From positions 4,154,001 through 4,218,000 of the forward strand of contig NW_027266281.1 of the NCBI RefSeq assembly GCF_022045235.1: a DNA stretch of 64,000 nt, given 5' to 3'. A program made the translations under genes and the position numbers. This stretch comes from Haliotis cracherodii. Taxonomy: Eukaryota. The notes beneath the pieces were generated by a model. It had not been told where the DNA came from, ran no database searches, and saw nothing but the letters and a program-made list of their open reading frames with translations. Positions 14,160-27,500 of the stretch are shown here, in pieces; the first letter of the stretch is position 1; the number at the start of each line of letters is the position of its first letter.

Positions 14160-14214
14160 ATGGCGAAAGGGAGGTGTTTTCGTTTGGTGTGTCTGGCTGC
14201 GCTCCTTGTCAATG
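14160..14214 (+). CDS. Signal-peptide exon of an SRCR-domain gene (MAKGRCFRLVCLAALLVN, phase 1)
   Basis: CCAACATGG start context, basic n-region and hydrophobic core, G|GTATGT donor. Phase matches the exon at 20902, giving ...LLVNAVG-QTIRLV. Confidence 0.7.
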
Positions 14215-14449
14215 GTATGTTATTTTGTTTGAATATGTTATTTTGTTTAAATATAAGAACAAACATAGTATTATGCTTTCATTTATCTTTCGTGGTCTCA
14301 CTAATCGAGTCTGGACCAAACAATCCAATGAATGATATTATTGGCAACGATTCACGATTTTGGGGGTACGACGACAAGCTATCAACCAAGTCACCTCATC
14401 CTTCCGACGCCCGCGTTGTTGCTGGGGACATATACTTACCCATATATGT

Positions 14450-15316
14450 TTAATTACACATCAATGGTGTCAGTATTCCCACTTTATATCGTAAATCACA
14501 CATACGTGTTGTAAGTATTCCCACCAGATATGGTTAATCACACATCAATGGTGTCAGTATTCCCACCAGATATGGTTAATCACACATCAATGGTGTCAGT
14601 ATTCCCATTTTATATCGTAAATCACACATACGTGTTGTAAGTATTCATACCAGATAAGGTTAATCACACAACAGTGGTGTCAGTATTCCCACTTTATAGT
14701 GTTAATCACACAAGAGTGGTGTCAGTATTCCCACTTTATATTGTTAATCACACAAGAGTGGTGTCAGTATTCCCACATTATATTGTTAATCACACAAGAG
14801 TGTTGTAAGAATTCCCACCAGATATACTTAATCACACAAGAGTGGTGTCAGTATTCCCACTTTATATTGTTAATCACACAAGAGTGGTGTCAGTATTCCC
14901 ACTTTATATTGTTAATCACACAACAGTGGTGTCAGTATTCCCACTTTATATTGTTAATCACACAACAGTGGTGTCAGTATTCCCACTTTATATTGTTAAT
15001 CACACAAGAGTGTTGTAAGAATTCCCACCAGATATACTTAATCACACAAGAGTGGTGTCAGTATTCCCACTTTATATTGTTAATCACACAACAGTGGTGT
15101 CAGTATTCCCACTTTATATTGTTAATCACACAACAGTGGTGTCAGTATTCCCACTTTATATTGTTAATCACACAAGAGTGGTGTCAGTATTTCCACTTTA
15201 TATTGTTAATCACACAAGAGTGGTGTCAGTATTCCCACTTTATATTGTTAATCACACAAGAGTGGTGTCAGTATTTCCACTTTATATTGTTAATCACACA
15301 TCAGTGGTGTCAGTAT
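14450..15316. repeat. 42-bp minisatellite, ~20 copies (TTAATCACACAAGAGTGGTGTCAGTATTCCCACTTTATATTG)
   Basis: Direct periodicity. Lies in the putative first intron of the SRCR gene. Confidence 0.96.
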
Positions 15317-15879
15317 TAACACTGAGTTAACCAATGAGTTTTGGGATCTCCTAATATGGAGGTTTGAATATTAACTCTTGATTTGAGAGTGACACAACAA
15401 CGTCTCATTATGTTCTGGTAGACTTCATTAACCAGTGTGACTGTAAAGGCCCCTACCAGGAGGTTATTTGTGGACAGCAGCATGACCGCATGCAGGATCC
15501 ATAACAACGAGCACCGTACATCTTGAAATTAACGCGAACGTGAAATAAATGCGAAAAATGCGAGTAGTCTTCGTTCGTATTGATGAAACGTCGCATTTAT
15601 GTCTCCAAAATGACTATCAACAATAATACTGGACACTTTGGATAGCGGAAACACCAACTTGAATATAAACACAAACACAGTATATTGGGCAGCAGTTGTA
15701 ACCAGAATATAACAATGTCATTCGAAGAATAGGAATTACACAGCACACTGACAGCTCGATACATACATACTTCTTATCGTGGTGTCGGATGTATTACGTA
15801 TTACTGTTATCCATCCGGAAGTTCTCGAAAAACAACGCATTGTTACCGACTCAATGAGTTGCTTGACCACAGTTATGCA

Positions 15880-16128
15880 TTGTTTTGCTTCTTTGTTGTT
15901 GCCGCCGTACTCAACAATATTGCACTTATATGGCGGCGGTCTGTAAATAATCGAGTCTGGACCAGACAATCCAGTGATAGACATCATGTACATCGATCTA
16001 CGCAATTGCGGCACGATGACATGCATCAACCAAGTCAGCGATCCTGACCACCTGATCCCGCTAGTCGTCTTTTACAGCAAGCATGGGTTGCTGAAGACCT
16101 ATTCCACCCCCGGGATCTTCACGGATCC
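15880..16128 (-). mobile_element. SINE family B (Meta-domain-like 5' end, no tRNA head)
   Basis: Homologous to 46086-46354. Imperfect TSD ACAGTTATGCA (15869-15879) / ACAGCTATGCA (16130-16140). Confidence 0.88.
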
Positions 16129-16545
16129 TACAGCTATGCACGCACTGAGGACCACGCCCTATTTAGGAAAGGTCTTACATATTTACTAAACAATCGGCCA
16201 GTGAATCTATGTTGCTTTTTATTCAATATGGCGAAATACATTGCAGCTGACATTGTTCTCCTGGCATGTATTTCTTTCGTGGGAGGATCCGATTACTTAC
16301 TTTGATATATGTAACCTTTACTAATTAACTATTTCTGATGCATGTAAGGTAAACAATGATATGAACCACGAATGCTATGTGGTGGGTTGGTGTCGACAAG
16401 TGACTTGCATGTTTAATTATCTCCCAGTGTTATTTCATATTAGCACTACGTGGTCAAACAGCAGGCCCACTTTTATACCACTTTTCTATATAAGTACTTG
16501 TCTTCTTGTTACACTTGTCGTATCTAAAACCCGTAACAACATTAA

Positions 16546-16785
16546 GTGAGTTGGGTTTAACGGCACTTTTAACAGTATTCCAGTTACATCACGGCGTGTC
16601 AGCCTAATGTGGGAGGAAAGGCCGAAGCGATTCAGACGTTTACCACTTTGATGAAACTCACGAGCATGGGTATGGCGCTGACAAACCTAGACTCATAATG
16701 GGTTCAAACAGGGCTTCGAACCCACAATCAAAGGTTTCTAGCGTGCCTAGGGACCCAACTCTGCACAAAGAACATCGGCACCCTA
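16546..16785 (-). mobile_element. SINE family C (tRNA-Leu-like head)
   Basis: Reverse complement of 48909-49164. Confidence 0.85.
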
Positions 16786-17445
16786 GACGAATTTCCAGTC
16801 GAATATCCCAGTTAACAGTTAGGTCGTGTTTTGCTGACAATGATCAAAACGTAAAAACACCACTGAGCTGTTGACTAGATAGATAGGACTATAACAAACA
16901 GTCCCTTTAGCCAATTACTCTTTAGGTTTGTACTGCAGGAAACAGAATTAGAATGGCACACATGGTAAGGGGTTGGCCATTTGATATTCTTTGAGGGGGC
17001 CTGGGATTTAAGCGGAAAAATATATTGTCGTCAAAAATTTATGCTTCAAAGTGGAAAAAAAATGGCTGCCACAAAAATGACATAGTTGCATGGTGCTTGT
17101 CTTCAGTAATGGTCGCTTCCTAAACAACACTGTGTTGTATATCTTCAACTTTCTGCCATGCTACGACACCATTCAACAAAGAACTTCAAGTCACAGTTGT
17201 GTTGACATACTAATATTTTTAGATAATTGAAAAATGTATACACCTTTCGAAATTATTGATTACTAGAATCAAATACTCTGGTGTGGTCAGTTTTCCCTTC
17301 CCTATAATACAAAAAAAGCTTTATAAATCTCGAGGAGGTATTTGAAACATATATGTGACGAGAACCATTCAATTGGAGGTTAAAAATGTATACTATGCAC
17401 GTGTTTGATTAAAACATAGTGTGACCGTTATTCAGAGACATCAAG

Positions 17446-17707
17446 CTGGTTGGTTGGTTTGTTGTTTTACGCCGCACTCAGCAGTATTCCAGCTATATGA
17501 CGGCGGTCTGTAAATAATGGAGTCTGGACCAGACAATCCAATGATTGACATCATGCGCGTCGATCCAACTGGGACCGATGACATGCATCAACCAAGTCAG
17601 TGAGCCTGACTACCCGATCCCGTTAGTCGCCTTTTAGGACAAGCATAGTCGCCTTTTACGGAAAGCATGGGTTGCTGAAGACCTATTTTACTCCGGATCT
17701 TCACGGG
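17446..17707 (-). mobile_element. SINE family B
   Basis: 15-bp TSD TTCAGAGACATCAAG at 17431-17445 and 17708-17722. Confidence 0.92.
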
Positions 17708-19620
17708 TTCAGAGACATCAAGAATCACGTTGAATACAGAACATAGTACGAGCATAGTACAATTGTATAGCATTTATACAAATACATTCTTAACATTAGT
17801 TAAAGCCACTAAACCACCAGCATCTTTATAGACAATGCAATTTAGCAACTGTACTTCCGTTAACATAATTCACAAGCCAGGTATTATTTGGTGTATTCCT
17901 CAATGATCCAACATGTTTTTTTATCTCCTGGAATGCTCGTGGCTCACTTTCACCCTTGTTGCAGTGAAAACAGTAATGATCGGCATTAAAACAAAGTCAA
18001 AACTAGAACTATTTCCAATAAGCATCTATTTAAAGTCTATACAAAAAGGTAACATATTATATAATTGTCTAAAATTTAGGACAAACTGTAAATTTAATGT
18101 CCACATGTCGTATCGGAAATATCTCATGCCACAGATATTAGTACCAAAATTATTAAGTGAGTACCATAAAAAAAAAATGTAAGGTAATTTTGTTTCCATA
18201 TCATACTGCAGTTTGAAAAGAATGGATTCTTAGCCAGACATACCGGTGATTGATATTATGAGCCACCTCCCACAAGCTCGGTCGGTATACAATGAAACTT
18301 AATCAACCTTCATTTTGTCGGCTGTCAGCTGATAGTAAACACGTTGATTATTTGGGACCTATTCTAAACCAGAATAAAAACGGGAACAGATATATTAAAC
18401 AGGCATTGTAACTAATGACGACACACATCTTCATCGCTGCGCTGGTTTTAGCTTCAGCACGAATTCGTAGGGAGCATTGTAGCATTTGAAATTTACTTGT
18501 TACTACATTTATTGAACATGATATGGTTCAATATTGTTAAATATGATTCGGTGGTATAGCTAGTAGCCTACATGCCAACATATGGAGATCAAATAGGGTT
18601 GCTATCAATTTCATTATATTTCTTTATTGGTGCACATTGCCTACACTTATCTCACCTTAATACGCAACAAACGTTAACCAACTCACTGACAATATATTGT
18701 AATAGCTTTTGAGTATCGACCACCGAGGACCAATTAATCTCCCGCAAACACCCCGATATAGCGCGCGACGCGAGACTCGTTTTACTTTACTCATTTTCAT
18801 TAGAAGGAAGTCGGGCATATTTACTGGAAAATGATCAATTGATTCTAAAATGTAAATATTAAAACAACACATTGTAAGCACCTTGCTACAATATTACTTC
18901 AGACATCACCAACAATCTGATGATCCACATTTAGGCTAGTTCAGTCAGAGCTAATCAGGCCTCTTCATAATTAACAAGCATGTTTCTGTCACATCCCCAA
19001 AATGTAATTTAATAATATCACTGAGCGCTTTAAACTAGAGCAATAACTAGCAGCCTACAGTTAGTCGACCTGAAAAAAACTTCAACTTTTGTTATTCCCT
19101 CTCTTCGCTGTATAACAGAAATCTACTCAACTTTCACTTGGACAGAAATGAGCGAAATTGTTTCACATAAATCAAAGTCAGTAGATTAGTACATGTACAG
19201 TACACTTTTAATTGTAATGATTTCAAAAATAACACAGAAGAAATGTCGATAATTGTCAGTGGTCGGTAGGCGATGCATGTTATATATAGTCGTATACGCT
19301 TACGGTCAAAACCCGAACCTATTATGACGTCGACAAAACGCAAGAATTCTGATCGAACATATATTGCTTGCCCTTGATAATGTATCGATTGCTTGCCCTT
19401 TGTATCCATGAATTATAATATGGAAAAATAACTTGGGCCTCCTTAACCAGCAGTCACTCTCACGCCGCAAATTAATGCGCGCCAATTGTTTGATCAGGTT
19501 GACTGTAATGCTGCTTATAACACGATATGACAAAACAGCTACTAACAAAACGTGGAGTTTTATTGTACTCATGTAAGCTTTATTTCCATGAGACATTAAG
19601 GGGTACAGATTACTTCGTAA

Positions 19621-19622
<2 letters not shown>

Positions 19623-19670
<48 letters not shown>
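19623..19670. repeat. (AT)24 microsatellite
   Basis: Seen directly. Confidence 0.99.
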
Positions 19671-19673
<3 letters not shown>

Positions 19674-19964
19674 TAATACAATAAAACTAGGAGATGGTTG
19701 ATCGGCAAGAAAACATTATTTTCAAAAAATATTTTTGTGATGTCCAATGCCCAAAGTTATCACAACTGTTACAATTTAACGTAATACTAACGTTGTCATA
19801 GAGAGACGCAATTACGTTCAGGAGATTTTAGTATTCAGAGATGAAAACTCAAATGCTGAATTTATAGGAAAGTAGGTAATGCATAACTGACTTGGTATTC
19901 TGACAAAATCAAGTGGATTTTGATGAAACAGTTCTATTCCTATATGGTTTGCAAGAAGCAAATT

Positions 19965-20147
19965 GTATAACGTTTCACCGACGTTTCAGAAACGTAGTTA
20001 CAAAACGTTGTGTGATGGCCGATGCACAACGTTTTCACAACGTTTGCACGGTGACGTTATAATAACGTTGTGACAACGTTGTATCACAACGTTACCAATC
20101 CATAACCTTACCACAACGTTGTGACTACCTGGTGTGTTAACTGGGTA
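19965..20147. mobile_element. AACGTT-rich MITE-like end
   Basis: Dense ACAACGTT motifs ending GTTAACTGGGTA. The partner TIR was not found. Confidence 0.35.
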
Positions 20148-20901
20148 CCTCAGCCATCTCGAAACATTTTACTTGTTCTAGAATTGATACTTTGTCCAGG
20201 AATACAAACATTATGAACAGTTGTGATTGAGAACATACTTTGAAACAATGGTTCTACTGTACAGTAAAGTAACAACGTGCCTGAATATGACAGTCACTCT
20301 CTCTTATGATTTCAATACAGTACTCGTGTAATGTAACAACTTCAGAAATGTGCTTAAAAGTGCTCTTATTCAAACAAGGCGAATGAACCGTGAAAAGTAT
20401 ATTCAAACATTTAAGAACAACGAGGCAGAGTTTATCAATATTCATCATCAAATTACAGTTAGTTCATTGTGTCTCTACCATTGTCAGCCCACTCACCGTA
20501 CAACCTCACTCACTCTGGTTCCAACTTTGCTCTGTCACTCTTGGTCCATCATCTTCACTTCATCTGGCTCTCCCTTGTCTTTGTCGTTCTCAGTCTCTCA
20601 ATTCGATCCATCTCATTTGCCCCAATGATAAACATTCTCACTTCGCAAATGGAACAGGCGCTTGTTCCGTCCTCAATATCTAATGACTATGTTACATGAC
20701 GTTTAGGTTTTCTTCTGAAACATAGACGGGAGAAATAACGGTACAATGTGATTTTCTACAAGAAATAAAAATAAAATGGAACTAATTTACACTGTCACTT
20801 ACGACATACATATGGGTAATCAATAACTGTTAGTATTGATGAAATACTCTTCGCACCTTATTAAAGTGCTCATGATTCATGTCTTATTTTTATTTTCGTA
20901 G

Positions 20902-21049
20902 CTGTTGGTCAAACTATCCGACTGGTATCGCCGCTGAATAACGGTGTTGGCAGACTTGAGGTGTACTATAACGGTTCATGGGGAACGGTTTGTGATGATT
21001 ACTTTGGACAAGGGAACGCTATTGTGGCCTGTAGACAGCTGGGACGATA
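20902..21049 (+). CDS. SRCR domain, N-terminal half exon (phase 1 to phase 2)
   Basis: TTTTCGTAG acceptor and TA|GTAAGA donor, 148 bp. Translation VGQTIRLVSPLNNGVGRLEVYYNGSWGTVCDDYFGQGNAIVACRQLGR matches the SRCR GRLEV..G.WGTVCDD...ACRQLG motif. Confidence 0.93.
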
Positions 21050-22229
21050 GTAAGATGTTTACGATCGATCTGCAAAGATGTTGTTTTTTCCTTTTGCTGT
21101 GTAAACTTGGTTGTGTGCTTGATGTAAGGTTTGCATGTTGTGTTGTGATACTATCAATTTATTTCTACCTTATCAAAGTACGTACTACTTTAATATTCTT
21201 TTCAAATGTTCCATGTATAGTTTTACAGGAGAGTTAAATTCTTGTTAAAAAATAATTGTATTTTTAATGTTCGAGTAATCTTCCACACAAGTATCTGTAA
21301 ATCAAGCATGACGTGTTGAAAGGCCGAATCATATATCCTTTTTGGTCAAACCGAATTAGTCATTAGTAACAATAGAACGTCAAAACCCTTTCCATATCCA
21401 ATAGAAATCTTTGCATAAAGCAAAGTCGATTGTACAATTCCGACTATATTATGGGCAAGAAAGGGATGGTACTCTCTGTTGTGTTTGGCGCAAACACAAA
21501 AACAGTTACATAATATACATGCGTTCTATTTGGTCGGAACTGTCACTAACTTTCTTCACGTACAGTAAACAGTATTCTCAATCATATGCTTTGCTGTATA
21601 ACTTGTCCCTGAATATATGTAGCATAATGAAAACTAAATTTTTACATTATATTTTTGAGGACATTATCTTTTGAAACACAACTAAAATTCTTTTACCAAC
21701 AGATGTTACCATTGATTGCTGCGCTTTTTGGAAAAACCCACACAGCCCACCATTCTTAATTGATAACTAATATCCTGAATAATATTTTTAAAGCAAACCC
21801 ATTTTAAACAAAAGTCAAGTTCCTATTTCAACAGAAGTTACCATTTATTATTACCACTATCTCATCATACAAACCATTAGAAACGTACTTCCTAGCAGAT
21901 ATGATGATATCATTTCCATTTGCCAATACGATATAGATCAGAAGATATTTCTATGAGAATCTCAATATCACTTCATTTTTGGCACAGTATAAGACGCTTC
22001 TCGACTACAACCATGGAAAAATAAACTGGGCACCATATTGTATGAATAGTTATGGTAATATTTGTTTAAAGCATCATGTAATCAGTCAGACTGTTGTGTT
22101 TAACGCCGCTTTGAACAGTATTCCAGTTATATCATAGCATGTCAGCTTATTGTGCGAGAAAAATATTATATCTTATTGAGGAGGATTTCGTCAAATTCAA
22201 AAAGCTATTAGTAGCAGGTATCGAAACAT

Positions 22230-22750
22230 GAGTCTACTACTATGATATCGAGTCACCATTCCACTTTTGCGGCAGCATCAAAGAAATTCATCAAGATCAG
22301 TGAAGAAAGTTATGGCCGCTGTATTCTTGGATGCAATGAGTGTGATCCTTGTTGATTGCTAAGAAAGTCAAAATACGATTACCAGTGCCTATTTAGTTTG
22401 ATTCCTCGCCTGAGGTATTTTATTAAAGAAAAGCTGCGAGGAATGGTACTTCATGACATGCATCTTCTCACTCACCTCGACTTGCAAAGGCGGATGTGTG
22501 ACAATGAGGGTTCAAAGAGCTTTCTCATCCTCCATACTCGCTAGATCTGGCACTAACTGATTTTCACCTGTCTCCTAAACAGAAAGAACACCTTCGTGGA
22601 AAGTGCTATCACGACAACGATGACCTCAAAGCTCTCATGAACGGGGTTTTCAGGGTGGCTTAAGTTCTTCCTGACCGGAATTGAAAAGCTTCACTATCGA
22701 TATGAGAATAGTATTCATAAACAGGGAGATTATGTTCAAAAATATAATTA
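22230..22750 (+). mobile_element. Degraded mariner transposase fragment
   Basis: KVMAAVF.DA..VILVD, then HPPYSLDLALTDFHL..KEHLRGK (YSPDLAP.D motif), and a GDYV terminus. Confidence 0.82.
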
Positions 22751-22927
22751 ACAGCACTTTCACAATTGTTGGATTTGTTTGTTAGGCGTGGATTATTTTT
22801 ACCAGCTCACACATGCCCAATACACATGGCAGTTGGATTAATGATACATGAACAGTATGGCTGCTGGTAGTTGTGAGATGAATGAGTACAATTAGCCCCA
22901 ATTGGCTACAAAGATCAACCCGAATGA

Positions 22928-22936
22928 CCCCCCCCC

Positions 22937-22967
<31 letters not shown>

Positions 22968-22973
22968 ACACAC
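22928..22973. repeat. Poly-C followed by (CA)n
   Basis: Seen directly. Confidence 0.98.
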
Positions 22974-23339
22974 TCCGATGGCGTTGTGTCGCCTTCACAA
23001 ACATAAGCATCCTATTTAACGCTGACACATAATGATGATACAATCGGTATTGAACAATGGGTTGTCGCTTTTGTTTAAGAAATTGTATAACAACCTAATG
23101 AACCAGGTATGGTGTGGTGGTTTTACCATGTTTATAGGATTTTGTATTTATATTTTATTTCAACGTGGAAATGATTTTATGCGTGTGCATATCTTCGAAT
23201 GATAAAAATCCGTGAAGAGCGTGTTCCTTTCAAACAAACACATGCATATTTTGATAAATGGAACAACCTCGTTTGCATAGAAAGAATCCCAAATGCCTTC
23301 TTCAGTTTTTCAGTCTTATTTCTCTCTCTCTTCTCACAA

Positions 23340-24571
23340 GTAGATGTTTTTTGTATACTTCTGACAGTCCGACATCATTTAGTATTTTTTACTGATTTGG
23401 GTGCAACGAAGTCGTTGTTGGAGAAGTGCTTCACACCGTACCTAAAACTGAAGTGAAACTCGTCTCCAACAGCGGAAGAATTGCAAAGTGTGCAGACACG
23501 GTCTTCCCGTTTGAAGTAATAGGCAGTTTTCGAATTTTGGTATTTTTTAAAATGTTGGTAATATAAACCTTGACAAGAAACATTCTTGCCACTGTTGAAC
23601 AAATTGGTATTGAAGAATACTCTTGACCTTTGAAACCAGCCATGAAGTTGAGCAAGTAGATGGGTTTTTATATACTTCTGACAGTCATTTAGTATTTTTT
23701 ACTGTTTTTACTGAATTTGCATCATAGTCTTGTATCAAATATTATAAAATTATATAACATATTAGATAACTTTGTGGGTCCGTTAAAATTCGTTAATTTA
23801 TGCAAGAAGAAGATCATCCGTTTAAGTACTTTAATTTTGAGGGATTCACTGCCATGTTCCCCCTAAACCACAACATTGGGTGGTGAATTCCTCAGACCAG
23901 TTACTATTCTTAAAACTTTCAGTTGCATTTTCTTCATTATTTCTAAACTTTCAAAACCCCATATTTCGGAACAGAAGAGAAGGATTGGCACTACCATCAC
24001 ATCAAACGCCTTCAATAGACAATCTAATGATAGGTTAACATTTCGTGTTCTTTTTATTAGGCAGTACATTACTTTTGTCGCGTTTGCTCTCAGTGATTTC
24101 ATACAAAACACACATTTTCTATTTCTGAGAAGATTTATACCTAGATATGTGTAATTATCAACAATTTCCAGTATCTTTTCCTCAAAATATAATATCGATT
24201 TGGTTGATTCGGCTGGGCCCCTTCCAAAGGATATTTTCATTTTGCTTCCATTGTAAGCAATATTGATTAAAGGAATCGATTTTTGTAATCCAAATTGGGT
24301 ATCGCTAAATATCGTCCGCATAGAGTAATACTAAAATGTGTAATCATACAGTGATGCCATTTCTTGATATACGATAAAAAAAAACTAAATCCTGGTATTG
24401 TTATTGTCTTTGTCAGTTTATTTATCTGTTCAACATTTATATTTTTTACGTATATATCCGATTTATCAAGGTTGTTATGTTTAATTTTGTTAGTGACATT
24501 TGTATAGATGCATTATATGGTCGGCCATTATATGTATCAATTGGCGTCATATAGTTTGAATATAGCTCGGG
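23340..24571 (-). mobile_element. Degraded LINE ORF2 (RT C-terminal region and C-terminal Cys motif; RTE-X/L2-group-like)
   Basis: YTYLGI, VVPILLFCSEIWG and RVCTLCNSSAVGDEFHF, with frameshifts. Confidence 0.85.
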
Positions 24572-27500
24572 AGAGTGGGCAGTGCAAGGGTGAGTGGGCG
24601 GTGCACGTCTGAATAGAGAGGTGAGTGGGCGGTGGACGTCTGAATAGAGAGGGGAGTGGGCGGTGCACGTCTGAACAGAGAGGTGAGTGGGCGGTGCACG
24701 TCTGTATAGAGAGGGGAGTGGGCAGTGCACGGGTGAGTGGGCGGTGCAAGTCTGAATAGAGAGGTGAGTGGGCAGTGCACGGGTGAGTGGGCGGTGGACG
24801 TCTGAATAGACAGGTGAGTGGGCGGTGGACGTCTGAATAGGGAGGTGAGTGGGTAGTGCACGTCTGTATAGAGAGGTGAGTGGGCGGTACATGTCTGAAT
24901 AGAGAGGGGAGTGGGCGGTGGACGTCTGGATAGAGAGGTGAGTGGGCGGTGCACGTCTGAATAGACAGGTGAGTGAGCAGTGCAAGTCTGAATAGAGAGG
25001 TGAGTGGGCGGTGCACGTCTGAATACAGAGGGGAGTGGGCGGTGCACGTCTGTATAGAGAGGGGAGTGGGCGGTGCAAGTCTGAATAGAGAGGTGAGTGG
25101 ACGGTGCACGTCTGTATAGAGAGGGGAGTGGGCGGTGGACGTCTGAATAGAGCGGTGAGTGGGCGGTGGACGTCTGAATAGAGAGGTGAGTGGGCGGTGG
25201 ACGTCTGAATAGACAGGTGAGTGGGTAGTGCACGTCTGAATAGAGAGGGGAGTGGGCGGTGGACTTCTGTATAGAGAGGGGAGTGGGCAGTGCACGTCTG
25301 AATAGAGAGGTGAGTGGGCGGTGGACGTCTGAATAGAGAGGTGAGTGGGTAGTGCAAGTCTGAATAGAGAGGTGAGTGGGCGGTGCACGTCTGAATACAG
25401 AGGGGAGTGGGCGGTGCACGTCTGTATAGAGAGGGGAGTGGGCGGTGCAAGTCTGAATAGAGAGGTGAGTGGACGGTGCACGTCTGTATAGAGAGGGGAG
25501 TGGGCGGTGGACGTCTGAATAGAGAGGTGAGTGGGCGGTGGACGTCTGAATAGAGAGGTGAGTGGGCGGTGGACGTCTGAATAGACAGGTGAGTGGGTAG
25601 TGCACGTCTGAATAGAGAGGGGAGTGGGCGGTGGACTTCTGTATAGAGAGGGGAGTGGGCAGTGCACGTCTAAATAGAGAGGTGAGTGGGCGGTGGACGT
25701 CTGAATAGAGAGGTGAGTGGGTAGTGCACGTCTGTATAGAGAGGTGAGTGGGCGGTGGACGTCTGAATAGAGAGGGGAGTGGGCGGTGCACGTCTGAACA
25801 GAGAGGTGAGTGGGCGGTGCACGTCTGTATAGAGAGGGGAGTGGGCAGTGCACGGGTGAGTGGGCGGTGCACGTCTGAATAGAGAGGTGAGTGGGCAGTG
25901 CACGGGTGAGTGGGCGGTGGACGTCTGAATAGACAGGTGAGTGGGCGGTGGACGTCTGAATAGGGAGGTGAGTGGGTAGTGCACGTCTGTATAGAGAGGT
26001 GAGTGGGCGGTACATGTCTGAATAGAGAGGGGAGTGGGCGGTGGACGTCTGAATAGAGAGGTGAGTGGGCGGTGCACGTCTGAATAGACAGGTGAGTGAG
26101 CAGTGCAAGTCTGAATAGAGAGGTGAGTGGGCGGTGCACGTCTGAATAGAGAGGTGAGTGGGCGGTGGACGTCTAAACAGAGAGGTGAGTGGGCGGTGGA
26201 CGTCTGAATAGACAGGTGAGTGGGTAGTGCACGTCTGAATAGAGAGGGGAGTGGGCGGTGGACTTCTGTATAGAGAGGGGAGTGGGCAGTGCACGTCTGA
26301 ATAGAGAGGTGAGTGGGCGGTGGACGTCTGAATAGAGAGGTGAGTGGGTAGTGCACGTCTGTATAGAGAGGTTAGTGGGCGGTGGACGTCTGAATAGAGA
26401 GGGGAGTCGGCGGTGCACGTCTGAACAGAGAGGTGAGTGGGCGGTGCACGTCTGTATAGAGAGGGGAGTGGGCAGTGCACGGGTGAGTGGGCGGTGCACG
26501 TCTGAATAGAGAGGTGAGTGGGCAGTGCACGGGTGAGTGGGTGGTGGACGTCTGAATAGACAGGTGAGTGGGCGATGGACGTCTGAATAGAGAGGTGAGT
26601 GGGTAGTGTACGTCTGTATAGAGAGGTGAGTGGGCGGTGCACGTCTGAATAGAGAGGGGAGTGGGCGGTGGACGTCTGAATAGAGAGGTGAGTGGGCAGT
26701 GCACGTCTGAATAGAGAGGTGAGTGGGCGGTGCACGTCTGAATAGACAGGTGAGTGGGCAGTGCACGTCTGAATAGAGAGGTGAGTGGGCAGTGCACGTC
26801 TGAATAGAGAGGTGAGTGGGTGGTGCACGTCTGAATAGAGAGGTGAGTGGGCGGTGGACGTCTGAATAGACAGGTGAGTGGGTAGTGCACGTCTGAATAG
26901 AGAGGGGAGTGGGCGGTGGACGTCTGTATAGAGAGGTGAGTGGGTAGTGCACGTCTGTATAGAGAGGTGAGTGGGCGGTGCACGTCTGAATAGAGAGGTG
27001 ACTGGGCGGTGCACGTCAGAATAGAGAGGTGAGTGGGCAGTGCACGGGTGAGTGGGCGGTGCAAGTCTGAATAGAGAGGTGAGTGGGTAGTGCACGTCTG
27101 AATAGAGAGGGGAGTGGGCGGTGCACGTCTGAACAGAGAGGGGAGTAGGCAGTGCACGTCAGAATAGAGAGGTGAGTGGGCGGTGCACGTCTGAATAGAG
27201 AGGGGAGTGGGCCGTGCACGTCTGTATAGACAGGTGAGTGGGCGGTGCACGTCTGTATAGAGAGGTGAGTGGGCGGTGCACGGGTGAGTGGGCAGTGCAC
27301 GTCTGAATAGAGAGGTGAGTGGACGGTGCACGTCTGTATAGAGAGGTGAGTGGGCGGCGCACGGGTGAATAGAGAGGGGAGTGGGCGGTGCACGTCTGAA
27401 TAGAGAGGGGAGTGGGAGGTGCACGTCTGTATAGAGAGGGGAGTGGGAGGTGCACGTCTGTATAGAGAGGTGAGTGGGCGGTGCACGTCTGTATAGAGAG

